This document shows, piece after piece, positions 44,087-52,001 of a stretch of DNA of 64,000 bases (positions are counted from its first letter, which is position 1; the number at the start of each line of letters is the position of its first letter). The stretch lies in contig CAMGEN010000002.1 of NCBI GenBank assembly GCA_946055075.1, forward strand, positions 1,174 through 65,173. Direction: 5' to 3'. This stretch comes from an uncultured Verrucomicrobiota bacterium (lineage in GTDB: Bacteria; Verrucomicrobiota; Kiritimatiellia; RFP12; UBA1067). The position numbers and the translations under genes were made by a program. Below the pieces are notes generated by a model, which did no database searches, had not been told where the DNA came from, and saw only the letters and a program-made list of their open reading frames with translations.

Positions 44087-44109
44087 CCTTTAACCTCCAG
44101 CCTTCAGCC
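44082..44109 (-). repeat. Heptamer array (x4) filling the VIT-vWA/ribBA junction
   Basis: Plus strand ttcaacc tttaacc tccagcc ttcagcc. On the minus strand it supplies the SD (GGAGG) and the TTG start, and it abuts the TAA stop at 44110-44112. Confidence 0.88.
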
Positions 44110-46533
44110 TTATTTGATTTCAATCTCGCCGATCGGATGCTTGTCCTTCGGCTTGTCCAGCCGCAGGGACATGATCTGGCGCTTCTCGTCCTTCGTTCCC
44201 CAGCCCGTGTACACGGTCGCCGAAATCGTCGCCGCGCCGGTAAGCTGCTGACGATGAGAAGCGAAATAATTGGCGAGGATCTTGTATACGCCCTTGTCAG
44301 CGGTCTTGCGCAGATACTCCTCCGGACCATATCCGGTCGTCACGTCTTCCGACACGAAGCCGCCGGAAGAGGTTCTGCGATGTCCGTAGAACGCCTCTTC
44401 TCCATCCGGTTCGAGAACATGCAGATCGACGTCCGTCTCGTCCGTATCCCACGAGAGCATGATGCGGAGCTCACACGGCATATCGCGGCGGAACGCGGCA
44501 TCGATTTCAGGAAGCTTCCAGTCAAGTCCGTTCTCCTTGACCCACGCATAGACGCCGTTCAGCTCCTCAAGCGCGAAAACGCTCGTCTGAAGATCGTTGC
44601 CGCGGCGTCCGCTACGACGGGCAACGGGATTGAACGCAGCGTCCTTAAGCAGTAAGACCGCCTCGTTGATATCACGGGAATCCTTCTTCTCCTTGCCGCG
44701 CTCGGTAAGGACGAGCGCAAGGTCGCGCCTGGACTGCGGCTCCTCTGGACGCATCTCGAGGACGTGGCGGAACGCCTCGACCGCCTCGTCGTAGAGTCCC
44801 GCCTCGCGCAGACGCCACGCCATCGTGCGCCACATCCCAACATCCTCAAGTTTCATCTCCGAAAGATTGGAGATGATCCGCGCACCGAGCTTCAGGTCTT
44901 TCGCCTTGAAGAACCAGCCCGCGCAATCGAGATAGAACGCCGGCGAATTGCCATAGACTTCACGCTGCTTGAGATATTCGGCATAGGCACAGCCGTTCGC
45001 CACGCCACTCATCGCCTTCAGATACGGCATATCCGGATTCCACGCGGCGATCTTCACGTTCGCGACATTCTCCGCAGCCTCGGATCCGGACTTTGCCTTC
45101 GCGACGCGCCCCCCGTACGCGGAAACCCAGCGCACCCCGCCGACGGGTGCAAGCCCTTCCGCCGCCGGAGGCACCGGCTCTTCGGCCTCTTCCACCATCG
45201 GAGCGGACTCCTCCCTCGAAGCCGCCCTTAACGAAGACGACCTCGCCACGCCATCGAAGAGTCCGCTCTTAGGAGTCTTCTTAGGCGGCACCGGATCGTT
45301 CCACCACTTCACCCTCTCCTGCCAGTAGTTGAGCAGCTGCGAACGATGCTCCGCCTTCGCCTTTTCCGCGGCGATCGGATCGTCTTCGGATGCGCGCCAC
45401 TTCTTCCACTCGTCGTAGAAGCTCATGCATTTCGGCGGCTCGATCTTGTAGGTCTTGTACTGCTCGAGCGATTCAAGGACGATCATCGAAGTGACGGACG
45501 ACGCGACGCCGTATCTTCTGCCGATTTCAACAAGCTCGTCCTTATGAGACTGCGCATCATCGGCGAGATCTTCGACCCGGCACGCCGCCCATGCCGCAGC
45601 AAGAAGCGTTCCCTCCTTCGGCTCCGCATCCGGCTTCTCGTCCTTATCAAGTTTCCTCACTGAAATCTGCCGCGGTTTCGATTCCTTGTATTCGTCAGAA
45701 AAGACGAAGCAGGCGGCTGGCAGTTGGCAGTCGGCGGACTTCAGTGCCTTTCCGAGACAGGTGCCGCCGTCGTAAACGAGTGAATCAACCGCCTTGAGGA
45801 GATCCATGCGATTGGAGAACCTGAGCGGTTCTTCAATGACATTGCGAAACACGGTCAAAGTGAAATCACCATTCTCTGGCAGACATTCAAGCAGATTGCG
45901 GTCGGACTGGAAGCTGTCCTTGCGGGACATCGAAGCGTCCCAGTAGATCACGGCCTTCGCCGCATTGCGAAGCCGGTCGGCAAGCGGAATGGACCGAGCC
46001 GACCCTTTGCCAGGGTATTCTCCGACGAACACCTCGTCGCCGAACTTCTCATAGACCTTCTTCGTATCCTTCACGGTCACCTCGTCGGCAATGATGTAAG
46101 CGACCATCGCCTTGCGGGGAGTGTTCGGCATCAGGGGATAGATACGCGTCTTCCAGACATTCCCCTTCACATGCTCGACGATGCCCGGATCGACACCTTG
46201 TCTCTTTTCGTTCTCGAAGGCGACACGGGCCTCTTTCTTGGGGACGACGACGCCGGGTACCATCGATCCGTTGACCTCGAGCTGATAGCCGCAGACGGTC
46301 GCGCCGTCTGGAACGGGGAATTCGAGCTCGCCCTCGAAGGCCCGTCCGTTGGGGTTAGTAAAGACGATCGTCGTCTCGACGCGACGGAAGAGTCCGTTAT
46401 CTTCGACAATCTTCGCGCTCGTCTCGACGACGACCGGTTTCTCATCCGCCTTAATGACGGAGGGATGGAATATCGGCTCGGGATTGGACACGATGAGAGA
46501 CTGGGCAAGCATCACGACTGGTAGAATATTCAT
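44110..46533 (-). CDS. Large VIT + vWA-like + TPR protein with a C-terminal YfaP/DUF2135-like beta domain
   Basis: VIT-like N-terminus (TIVFTNPNGRAFEGELEFPVPDGATVCGYQLEVNG...VWKTRIYPL). TPR region (EAVEAFRHVLEMRPEEPQSRRDLA). C-terminus LSWDTDETDVDLHVLEPDGEEAFY. Confidence 0.7.
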   Translation of the reverse strand: MNILPVVMLAQSLIVSNPEPIFHPSVIKADEKPVVVETSAKIVEDNGLFRRVETTIVFTNPNGRAFEGELEFPVPDGATVCGYQLEVNGSMVPGVVVPKKEARVAFENEKRQGVDPGIVEHVKGNVWKTRIYPLMPNTPRKAMVAYIIADEVTVKDTKKVYEKFGDEVFVGEYPGKGSARSIPLADRLRNAAKAVIYWDASMSRKDSFQSDRNLLECLPENGDFTLTVFRNVIEEPLRFSNRMDLLKAVDSLVYDGGTCLGKALKSADCQLPAACFVFSDEYKESKPRQISVRKLDKDEKPDAEPKEGTLLAAAWAACRVEDLADDAQSHKDELVEIGRRYGVASSVTSMIVLESLEQYKTYKIEPPKCMSFYDEWKKWRASEDDPIAAEKAKAEHRSQLLNYWQERVKWWNDPVPPKKTPKSGLFDGVARSSSLRAASREESAPMVEEAEEPVPPAAEGLAPVGGVRWVSAYGGRVAKAKSGSEAAENVANVKIAAWNPDMPYLKAMSGVANGCAYAEYLKQREVYGNSPAFYLDCAGWFFKAKDLKLGARIISNLSEMKLEDVGMWRTMAWRLREAGLYDEAVEAFRHVLEMRPEEPQSRRDLALVLTERGKEKKDSRDINEAVLLLKDAAFNPVARRSGRRGNDLQTSVFALEELNGVYAWVKENGLDWKLPEIDAAFRRDMPCELRIMLSWDTDETDVDLHVLEPDGEEAFYGHRRTSSGGFVSEDVTTGYGPEEYLRKTADKGVYKILANYFASHRQQLTGAATISATVYTGWGTKDEKRQIMSLRLDKPKDKHPIGEIEIK

Positions 46534-46590
46534 GATCAGTGTTCCTTTCTACCTTATAAAGGTGCCCATCCCGGAGTTTTTCCACCGAAG

Positions 46591-46614
46591 CCCATTCCCT
46601 ATTCCCTATTCCCC
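46591..46614 (-). repeat. Intergenic GGGAAT(A) heptamer array with four G-runs
   Basis: Minus strand GGGGAATAGGGAATAGGGAATGGG, about 58 nt upstream of ATG 46533. Confidence 0.9.
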
Positions 46615-46654
46615 ATCACTTGATCTCCTGCGCTCCCTTGCCGGCCATTGCACC

Positions 46655-47266
46655 TCACGAACCGGGGTGAACAGGCTTCGTGCCAGCCTTGCACATGGGG
46701 CAGTCCTTGGCCTCCCAGGTCTCAGGCGTCATCTGCATGAGCGAGAACATCGGAATTCGCCCGAACTTCACCTTGCCCGCGCTACGATCGACGAGCAGGA
46801 TCACTCCTGCGACTTTGGCGCCTGCGGCCTTAACAAGGTCGATCGTCTCCTGAACGCGTCCGCCCTTGGTGACGACATCTTCTGCGACAACATAGCGCTC
46901 CCCCTTCTTGATCGTGAAGCGGCGCATCGCGAGCACGGTATTGGGCTTGCCGGTAGCGTCAACGCCCTCGCCCTGCACCTTTTCAGCGAAGACGCACTTG
47001 ACGTTGAGCTCTCGCGCGACCTCGTGCCCCACGAGAATGCCGCCCACCGCAGGGGAGATGACTCCGTCGATCTTCTTACCCAGCTTGCCGCTCTTCACCG
47101 CCTGCCGGGTGACTTCGCGGCAAAGCTTCTCGGCGATACGTGGATAACGAAGCACATTCGCGCACTGGAAATAGCGGTTGGAATGAAGCTTGGAACGAAG
47201 CTCAAAATGACCTTCGAGCAACGCGCCCGTAGTTTTAAAGGCCTTGAGGACTTGATTCTGAGTCAT
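46655..47266 (-). CDS. pyrE: Orotate phosphoribosyltransferase
   Basis: GHFELRSKLHSNRYFQ... and PRPP motif VVAEDVVTKGGRV. Confidence 0.92.
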   Translation of the reverse strand: MTQNQVLKAFKTTGALLEGHFELRSKLHSNRYFQCANVLRYPRIAEKLCREVTRQAVKSGKLGKKIDGVISPAVGGILVGHEVARELNVKCVFAEKVQGEGVDATGKPNTVLAMRRFTIKKGERYVVAEDVVTKGGRVQETIDLVKAAGAKVAGVILLVDRSAGKVKFGRIPMFSLMQMTPETWEAKDCPMCKAGTKPVHPGS

Positions 47267-47282
47267 GATGGTTTTCCTTAAT

Positions 47283-47753
47283 TTAGTTCAACTTCAAAAG
47301 CTCTGAACGGGGCAACAAAGGATCAGACGATCCGGGTTCTTCAGCGGGAAGGACGGCTGGGGGGGCTGCACCGACCCCGTGAGGAACGGCATCGATATCA
47401 TAATCGGTCACTGGAGACATCCTCTCAACTACGGGGGGACGGAGCCCTGACGCGATACGTGAATCGTATTCGGAAAATCCACACGCAAGAAGATCCGCTC
47501 GGATACCGCGGCGACTGGCTGAATCTGACTGCCAGGAGGCGCGTGCGGACGCAAGAAGACTGGCTTCACGATCAGCGTCTAGCAAGATAAATGCGTTCGT
47601 GATCGTCTTGGCCGAGACAGAACAGGAGGGGTTAAAACCGACGGCTCCGCTGGGAAACGCAAGATAAATCGCCAGCGGCAACGAGAGAATCACTGCCAGC
47701 GGGAAAACCTCACTGCGGAGACGACGCCGGGGATGGGATCTGGAAGCGCTCAT
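47283..47753 (-). CDS. Hypothetical membrane-anchored protein (in the TonB/TolA position)
   Basis: One N-terminal TM. ATGA overlap with exbD. No recognisable TonB C-terminal motif. Confidence 0.45.
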   Translation of the reverse strand: MSASRSHPRRRLRSEVFPLAVILSLPLAIYLAFPSGAVGFNPSCSVSAKTITNAFILLDADREASLLASARASWQSDSASRRGIRADLLACGFSEYDSRIASGLRPPVVERMSPVTDYDIDAVPHGVGAAPPAVLPAEEPGSSDPLLPRSELLKLN

Positions 47754-48232
47754 TCCTCCGACGCCCTCCGAGTCTTATTTGCCATCAACAGCCGCTTCAC
47801 TCCGCTAACGCTTGCCACGGAGGCAAGCTTGGATAGTTCCCCGACGGGAACCCTCTGATCCGCCAGAACGACCAGTGTCTGATCATTGACCTTCGATACG
47901 CGCGATGACAAATGCTCACCGAAAGATTTCATCGCCTCGCGATCACCTAGCGAATAACGAGCATCGTCAAAGAATACAAGCGTATCGCGAACGGATGGCA
48001 CGACAAGCGCAACCAACGGAGAGGACGAGCCGTCCAGCTGATCGCCTTCCGGAAGCTCGAACAAGACCCCCCTCGCTGTGGTCAGAGCACCGGAGACGAG
48101 ATACATCATGACGAATAGCAGCATCACGGTAAGCCAAGGTATCGCCACCGCCATCGGCTTAAGCCATCGCGGACCATACTTCGACAGTCCTGACGGACGG
48201 GGCGTCACCCAGTTCCAGGAAGAAGCCTTCAC
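47750..48232 (-). CDS. ExbD/TolR-family biopolymer transport protein
   Basis: Single TM plus periplasmic domain ...TLVVLADQRVPVGELSKLASVASVSGVKRLLMA. Confidence 0.8.
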   Translation of the reverse strand: MKASSWNWVTPRPSGLSKYGPRWLKPMAVAIPWLTVMLLFVMMYLVSGALTTARGVLFELPEGDQLDGSSSPLVALVVPSVRDTLVFFDDARYSLGDREAMKSFGEHLSSRVSKVNDQTLVVLADQRVPVGELSKLASVASVSGVKRLLMANKTRRASEE

Positions 48233-48855
48233 TTACGCGCCTCCTTGGCAGCCACCTCCCTGTTGGCTATATAGCCAATGATGGACGAAGCGGCGGCTTC
48301 GAACTCGAGCACCAGGCGATCCATGCGCGTGCGCAGCATCCCGTACATAACCGCGACCGGAATCGCAACACAGAGCCCCATCGCAGCGGAAACGAGAGCC
48401 TCCATCGAAGAGGACAGGAGATCTGCACGCGACACTGGCATCAGCGAAGAATCCGCTACCATCATCACCGTTTTCATGAATCCAAAGATCACTCCGAGCA
48501 GCCCGATCCCAGGCGAGATCTGCCCAATGATCGACAATGCCGCCAACCGGCGGTCGAGCCGCCCCGTCTCGGCACGGCCGGCAGAATCAACCGCCTCGCG
48601 AAGGACACGAGCAGCCCCCTTGCGATGACGAATCGCCGTCGCAACGATGTTAGCCACAGGAACCGCGGTATCCTCGCAAATCGCCAACGCCTCATCCTCG
48701 CCCCCGCCTTCCAGGACGTTGATTACACCATTAAGGAAATCCTGCCAATCTATATGCGCACGGCGAAGCTCGATCAGCCGCTCGAAGAAGATCACGATCG
48801 CGGCCACCGCAAGAACAAGGAGAATCCAAAATACCGGTCCACCCGTAATGGTCAT
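48229..48855 (-). CDS. MotA/TolQ/ExbB-family proton channel
   Basis: Three TM segments. Conserved LSIIGQISPGIGLLGVIFG. Confidence 0.85.
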   Translation of the reverse strand: MTITGGPVFWILLVLAVAAIVIFFERLIELRRAHIDWQDFLNGVINVLEGGGEDEALAICEDTAVPVANIVATAIRHRKGAARVLREAVDSAGRAETGRLDRRLAALSIIGQISPGIGLLGVIFGFMKTVMMVADSSLMPVSRADLLSSSMEALVSAAMGLCVAIPVAVMYGMLRTRMDRLVLEFEAAASSIIGYIANREVAAKEARK

Positions 48856-50981
48856 AGGATATTGCCCTTTCTATGAATTCGTTCAATACGTTTTTCCGCC
48901 TCTGCGGACGCTGGCACCGACGCAGTAACGACAAGACGCAGTACCGCAACCGCCTGCGCGTCGGAGCCACGGCTTTCGTATTCTTCAGCGAGTCGAAAAG
49001 CCGCGCGCGAAAAAGCCGCACGCGCATCATCGTCGTAGGGGATACCTTCAGTCCTCCCGTCACGATATGCCAAAACCACCCGCGAATAATACTCGTCGAT
49101 CGCCTGATCCATCCGCTTCAGACGTTCAAGCGTCTTGGCGAGCTTATAAGAGAGCCGGATCTTGACGGACGGCGAAAGCTTCTCGCCTGAACGGAGCGCC
49201 GTGTAGGCCTCCAAGGCCTGGCGGTAACGAACCGGATCATCCGCTCCCATCGCAAACAACGCATCCGCCCTCAGCAACTGCGCACGAAGGCGAAGCGTCG
49301 CGTCGGCCTCCGCCGCAATTGACACGCGTTCAGCGACGAGAATCGACTCATCGAACCGCGCAAGCTCAATCAGCGACTCGGCCTGCAACAGCATGCCCTC
49401 GACAGAGGAGCGAGTCCCGGGGCAAGTCGAATCAAGCCGCGTGGCGTTTTGCACCGTCTTTTGGAAATCGCCCGCCGCAAAGGCTGCCCGAGTCGCCCAC
49501 AGCAACGGTTCTGACGCAACGGACGGATCTTCAGCCCGGTCCGCACAAGTGCTGAAACCAGCCTCCGCTTCGCGATACCGTCCGCGGTTGTAAAGATACT
49601 TGGCAAGCCACATGGACGCATCAAAACGCACCCGCCGGTCCTCCGAACTAGAAGAAATCTCAACTGCCTTCTTCTCCGCCGCAGCATCCTGATTGAGCCC
49701 ATACAGACAGACCATGTCGTAGTACGCCATCCGCGGAGCCAAAGAAGAATCACGCTTCGCGACCTCCGCGAAGATCGTTCGCGCATCGTCGAAACGATAC
49801 GCAGCGAAAGCATCGTACCCCTTCTGTTCAAGCTCCCGCACCGACACCATTTCCTTGACCTTCCTCGCCGCCACCGTATCCGAGTAACTTGCAAGAGCCT
49901 CGCGATAACGGGACATTGACTCCTCACGCTTGCCGAGATTGGCGAGGACGTCTCCCGACTTCACCATCGCAAGCGCCTTCGTCTCGTCATCAGCCGACAT
50001 CGCAAGCGCAATCGAGAACTCGGTTAGCGCCTCTTCATTACGCCCAGTCTCGGCCAGCGCCCAACCGATACCAAGCCGCACGGACGCCTCTTTCGCCGTC
50101 TCCGGCCAGGTCTCCATCGCCTCGCGATAAGTCTGAATGCAGACGGCGTAATCGCCACGTGAGAGCTCCACATCGGCCAACGACAGAAACGCCTCCTTCG
50201 CCCCGCGGAAATCCGGAGAATCCTTAGCGATACGGCGGATAATCGACGCGCCCTCCGAAAAGCTGCCCTTCTCGCGAACAAGCAGCATGCCGAGTTGAAT
50301 ACCGGCGAAACGAACGACATCGGGATCAGTGGACTCCGAAACCACTCGGCGAAGCGCTGCAACGTCAGCAAGGTTAGCAGCCGCAATCGACACCGCCGAT
50401 TCAGGAGCATTCGTCATCGCAACCACTTCCCGCCAGAGCGCCTCCGCCTCGGCGTCTTCCCCGCGAGATTTGTGAATCGCTGCGGACACCATCTTCGAAT
50501 CCGCACCACCGCCACTGGCTTCAAGCTTCGATAGCGCCGCATCGACATAACCCTCGCGCCGAAGCACCGCCGCATGCAACAATGAGGCGTCCGCAGCAAT
50601 GACACCGCGGGAGAAGTCGGTAGATTCGAGCAGCCGTCGCGCGGCATCGTGTTCACCGGTACGATAAAGCGCCGCCGCCTTATAGTATGCGAATTCCGGG
50701 ACTTCAGACTTGCCGTACGCCTCAACCGTGGACAGCACATCCGACCACTTGTGCTCGCGCGCGAAGCTCTCGAGCACCACGATCTTTGCAAGGTCACCGT
50801 CTGCTTTACGGGCATGTGTGCGCGCGACCTCCCAGAGGCCATCCCGCAGCGCCTGCCGCGCAACGTCGATTTCGCCAGCATAAGCAGCCGAAATCGAATG
50901 AAGCATGAAAAACGAAAGATGAAGAACGAAAAGAAGGCAGTGCCTTCCGCAATTCCTCATTCTCAATTCTTCAATCTTCAT
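48852..50981 (-). CDS. Large secreted TPR-repeat protein
   Basis: Signal-like CLLFVLHLSFFMLHSISAAYA, followed by many TPR-like helices. TAATG overlap with era. Confidence 0.75.
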   Translation of the reverse strand: MKIEELRMRNCGRHCLLFVLHLSFFMLHSISAAYAGEIDVARQALRDGLWEVARTHARKADGDLAKIVVLESFAREHKWSDVLSTVEAYGKSEVPEFAYYKAAALYRTGEHDAARRLLESTDFSRGVIAADASLLHAAVLRREGYVDAALSKLEASGGGADSKMVSAAIHKSRGEDAEAEALWREVVAMTNAPESAVSIAAANLADVAALRRVVSESTDPDVVRFAGIQLGMLLVREKGSFSEGASIIRRIAKDSPDFRGAKEAFLSLADVELSRGDYAVCIQTYREAMETWPETAKEASVRLGIGWALAETGRNEEALTEFSIALAMSADDETKALAMVKSGDVLANLGKREESMSRYREALASYSDTVAARKVKEMVSVRELEQKGYDAFAAYRFDDARTIFAEVAKRDSSLAPRMAYYDMVCLYGLNQDAAAEKKAVEISSSSEDRRVRFDASMWLAKYLYNRGRYREAEAGFSTCADRAEDPSVASEPLLWATRAAFAAGDFQKTVQNATRLDSTCPGTRSSVEGMLLQAESLIELARFDESILVAERVSIAAEADATLRLRAQLLRADALFAMGADDPVRYRQALEAYTALRSGEKLSPSVKIRLSYKLAKTLERLKRMDQAIDEYYSRVVLAYRDGRTEGIPYDDDARAAFSRAAFRLAEEYESRGSDAQAVAVLRLVVTASVPASAEAEKRIERIHRKGNIL

Positions 50982-50986
50982 TACAC
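50952..50986 (-). repeat. ATTCNNN heptamer array (x5) across the era/TPR-gene junction
   Basis: Plus strand attcctc attctca attcttc aatcttc attacac. Both candidate ATGs (50981, 50960) and the era TAA fall at unit boundaries. Confidence 0.8.
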
Positions 50987-51934
50987 AAGCTCTCCCAAAT
51001 ACCCCATCTCAGCGAGCAGTCGCTCGTTCTTCATCCAGTTGCGTTCCACCCGAACATTGATCTCGAGCTCGACCTTGAGCCCGAAGATCTCCTTGAGCTC
51101 CTTCTCCGCCGCCTTGCGCACCCCCTTCACGGTCGATGCTCCGCGGCCGATCGCCATCGGCTTCTGCGACTCGCGGTTGACCAGCGCATCGACCTGCACC
51201 ACCCACTTGTCCGTCTTCTCTTCGATACGCTTGACCAGAATCCCGAGTTCATGCGGCAACTCCTGGAAAAGCTTGCCGATGTACTTCTCGCGGATCACGT
51301 CCGCGATCGTGAGCTTGCGCGGATAATCGGTGACGATATCGTCATCGAACAGTGCCTCCCCATCTTCAGCGAAATTAAAAAGCGCATCCATCACCGCATT
51401 AGCCCCACCTTCGGTCGTGGAGATGGACTTAATCCACACGGGAGACAAGTCGAAGTCCAGAGTCGAAGTCGAAGCAATTCCCTGTTCGACCTCGGCTTTC
51501 GACTTCGACTCCGCCTGGGCCTCGACCCAAGCGGACTTGTATTCGTCTTCGAAAAACGGACTCTTATCCGCCTTGTTAAGCACAAATACGACCTTCTCCG
51601 GGTGCTCCTTGGAAACGCGCTGCATCCATCCGATGTCCTCAAGCTGCGGCGGCTGCGAAGCGTCGAAGACCACGCAAGTGACGTCCGTTCCCGCAGCACT
51701 GCGACGCGCCATGCGGTTAAGGAGACGACCGAGAGTGCCTACGGCCTTGTGAAGGCCGGGAGTATCCAGCAACACGAGCTGCCCCCGCGGATCGGACACG
51801 ATCCCGCGGATGGTGTTACGGGTAGTCTGTTCGACCGGAGACACGATCGAAACCTTCTCTCCCACAAGCGCATTCACGAGCGTCGATTTCCCGGCGTTCG
51901 TCCTGCCTACAACTCCGACAACGGCAACCTTCAT
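50981..51934 (-). CDS. era: GTPase Era
   Basis: GRTNAGKSTL, DTPG, NKAD, C-terminal KH domain (VIREKYIGKLFQELPHEL). Confidence 0.93.
   Translation of the reverse strand: MKVAVVGVVGRTNAGKSTLVNALVGEKVSIVSPVEQTTRNTIRGIVSDPRGQLVLLDTPGLHKAVGTLGRLLNRMARRSAAGTDVTCVVFDASQPPQLEDIGWMQRVSKEHPEKVVFVLNKADKSPFFEDEYKSAWVEAQAESKSKAEVEQGIASTSTLDFDLSPVWIKSISTTEGGANAVMDALFNFAEDGEALFDDDIVTDYPRKLTIADVIREKYIGKLFQELPHELGILVKRIEEKTDKWVVQVDALVNRESQKPMAIGRGASTVKGVRKAAEKELKEIFGLKVELEINVRVERNWMKNERLLAEMGYLGELV
51460..51511. repeat. Perfect 14-bp inverted repeat with a 24-nt spacer inside era
   Basis: GAGTCGAAGTCGAA (51460-51473) pairs with TTCGACTTCGACTC (51498-51511). The spacer gcAATTCCCTGTTCGACCTCGGct resembles the start of the 38610 element. 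Encodes part of AESKSKAEVEQGIASTSTLDFDLS. Confidence 0.92.
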
Positions 51935-51946
51935 ATCTTTGCCGAT

Positions 51947-51955
51947 ATTATACCA
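51947..51955 (-). promoter_or_regulatory. Extended -10 promoter TGGTATAAT upstream of era
   Basis: 12 nt between TATAAT and ATG 51934. Confidence 0.55.
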
Positions 51956-52001
51956 AAATCGGGCCGCGGCATTTCACTCAACATCGCTCCTAACGACTCG
52001 G

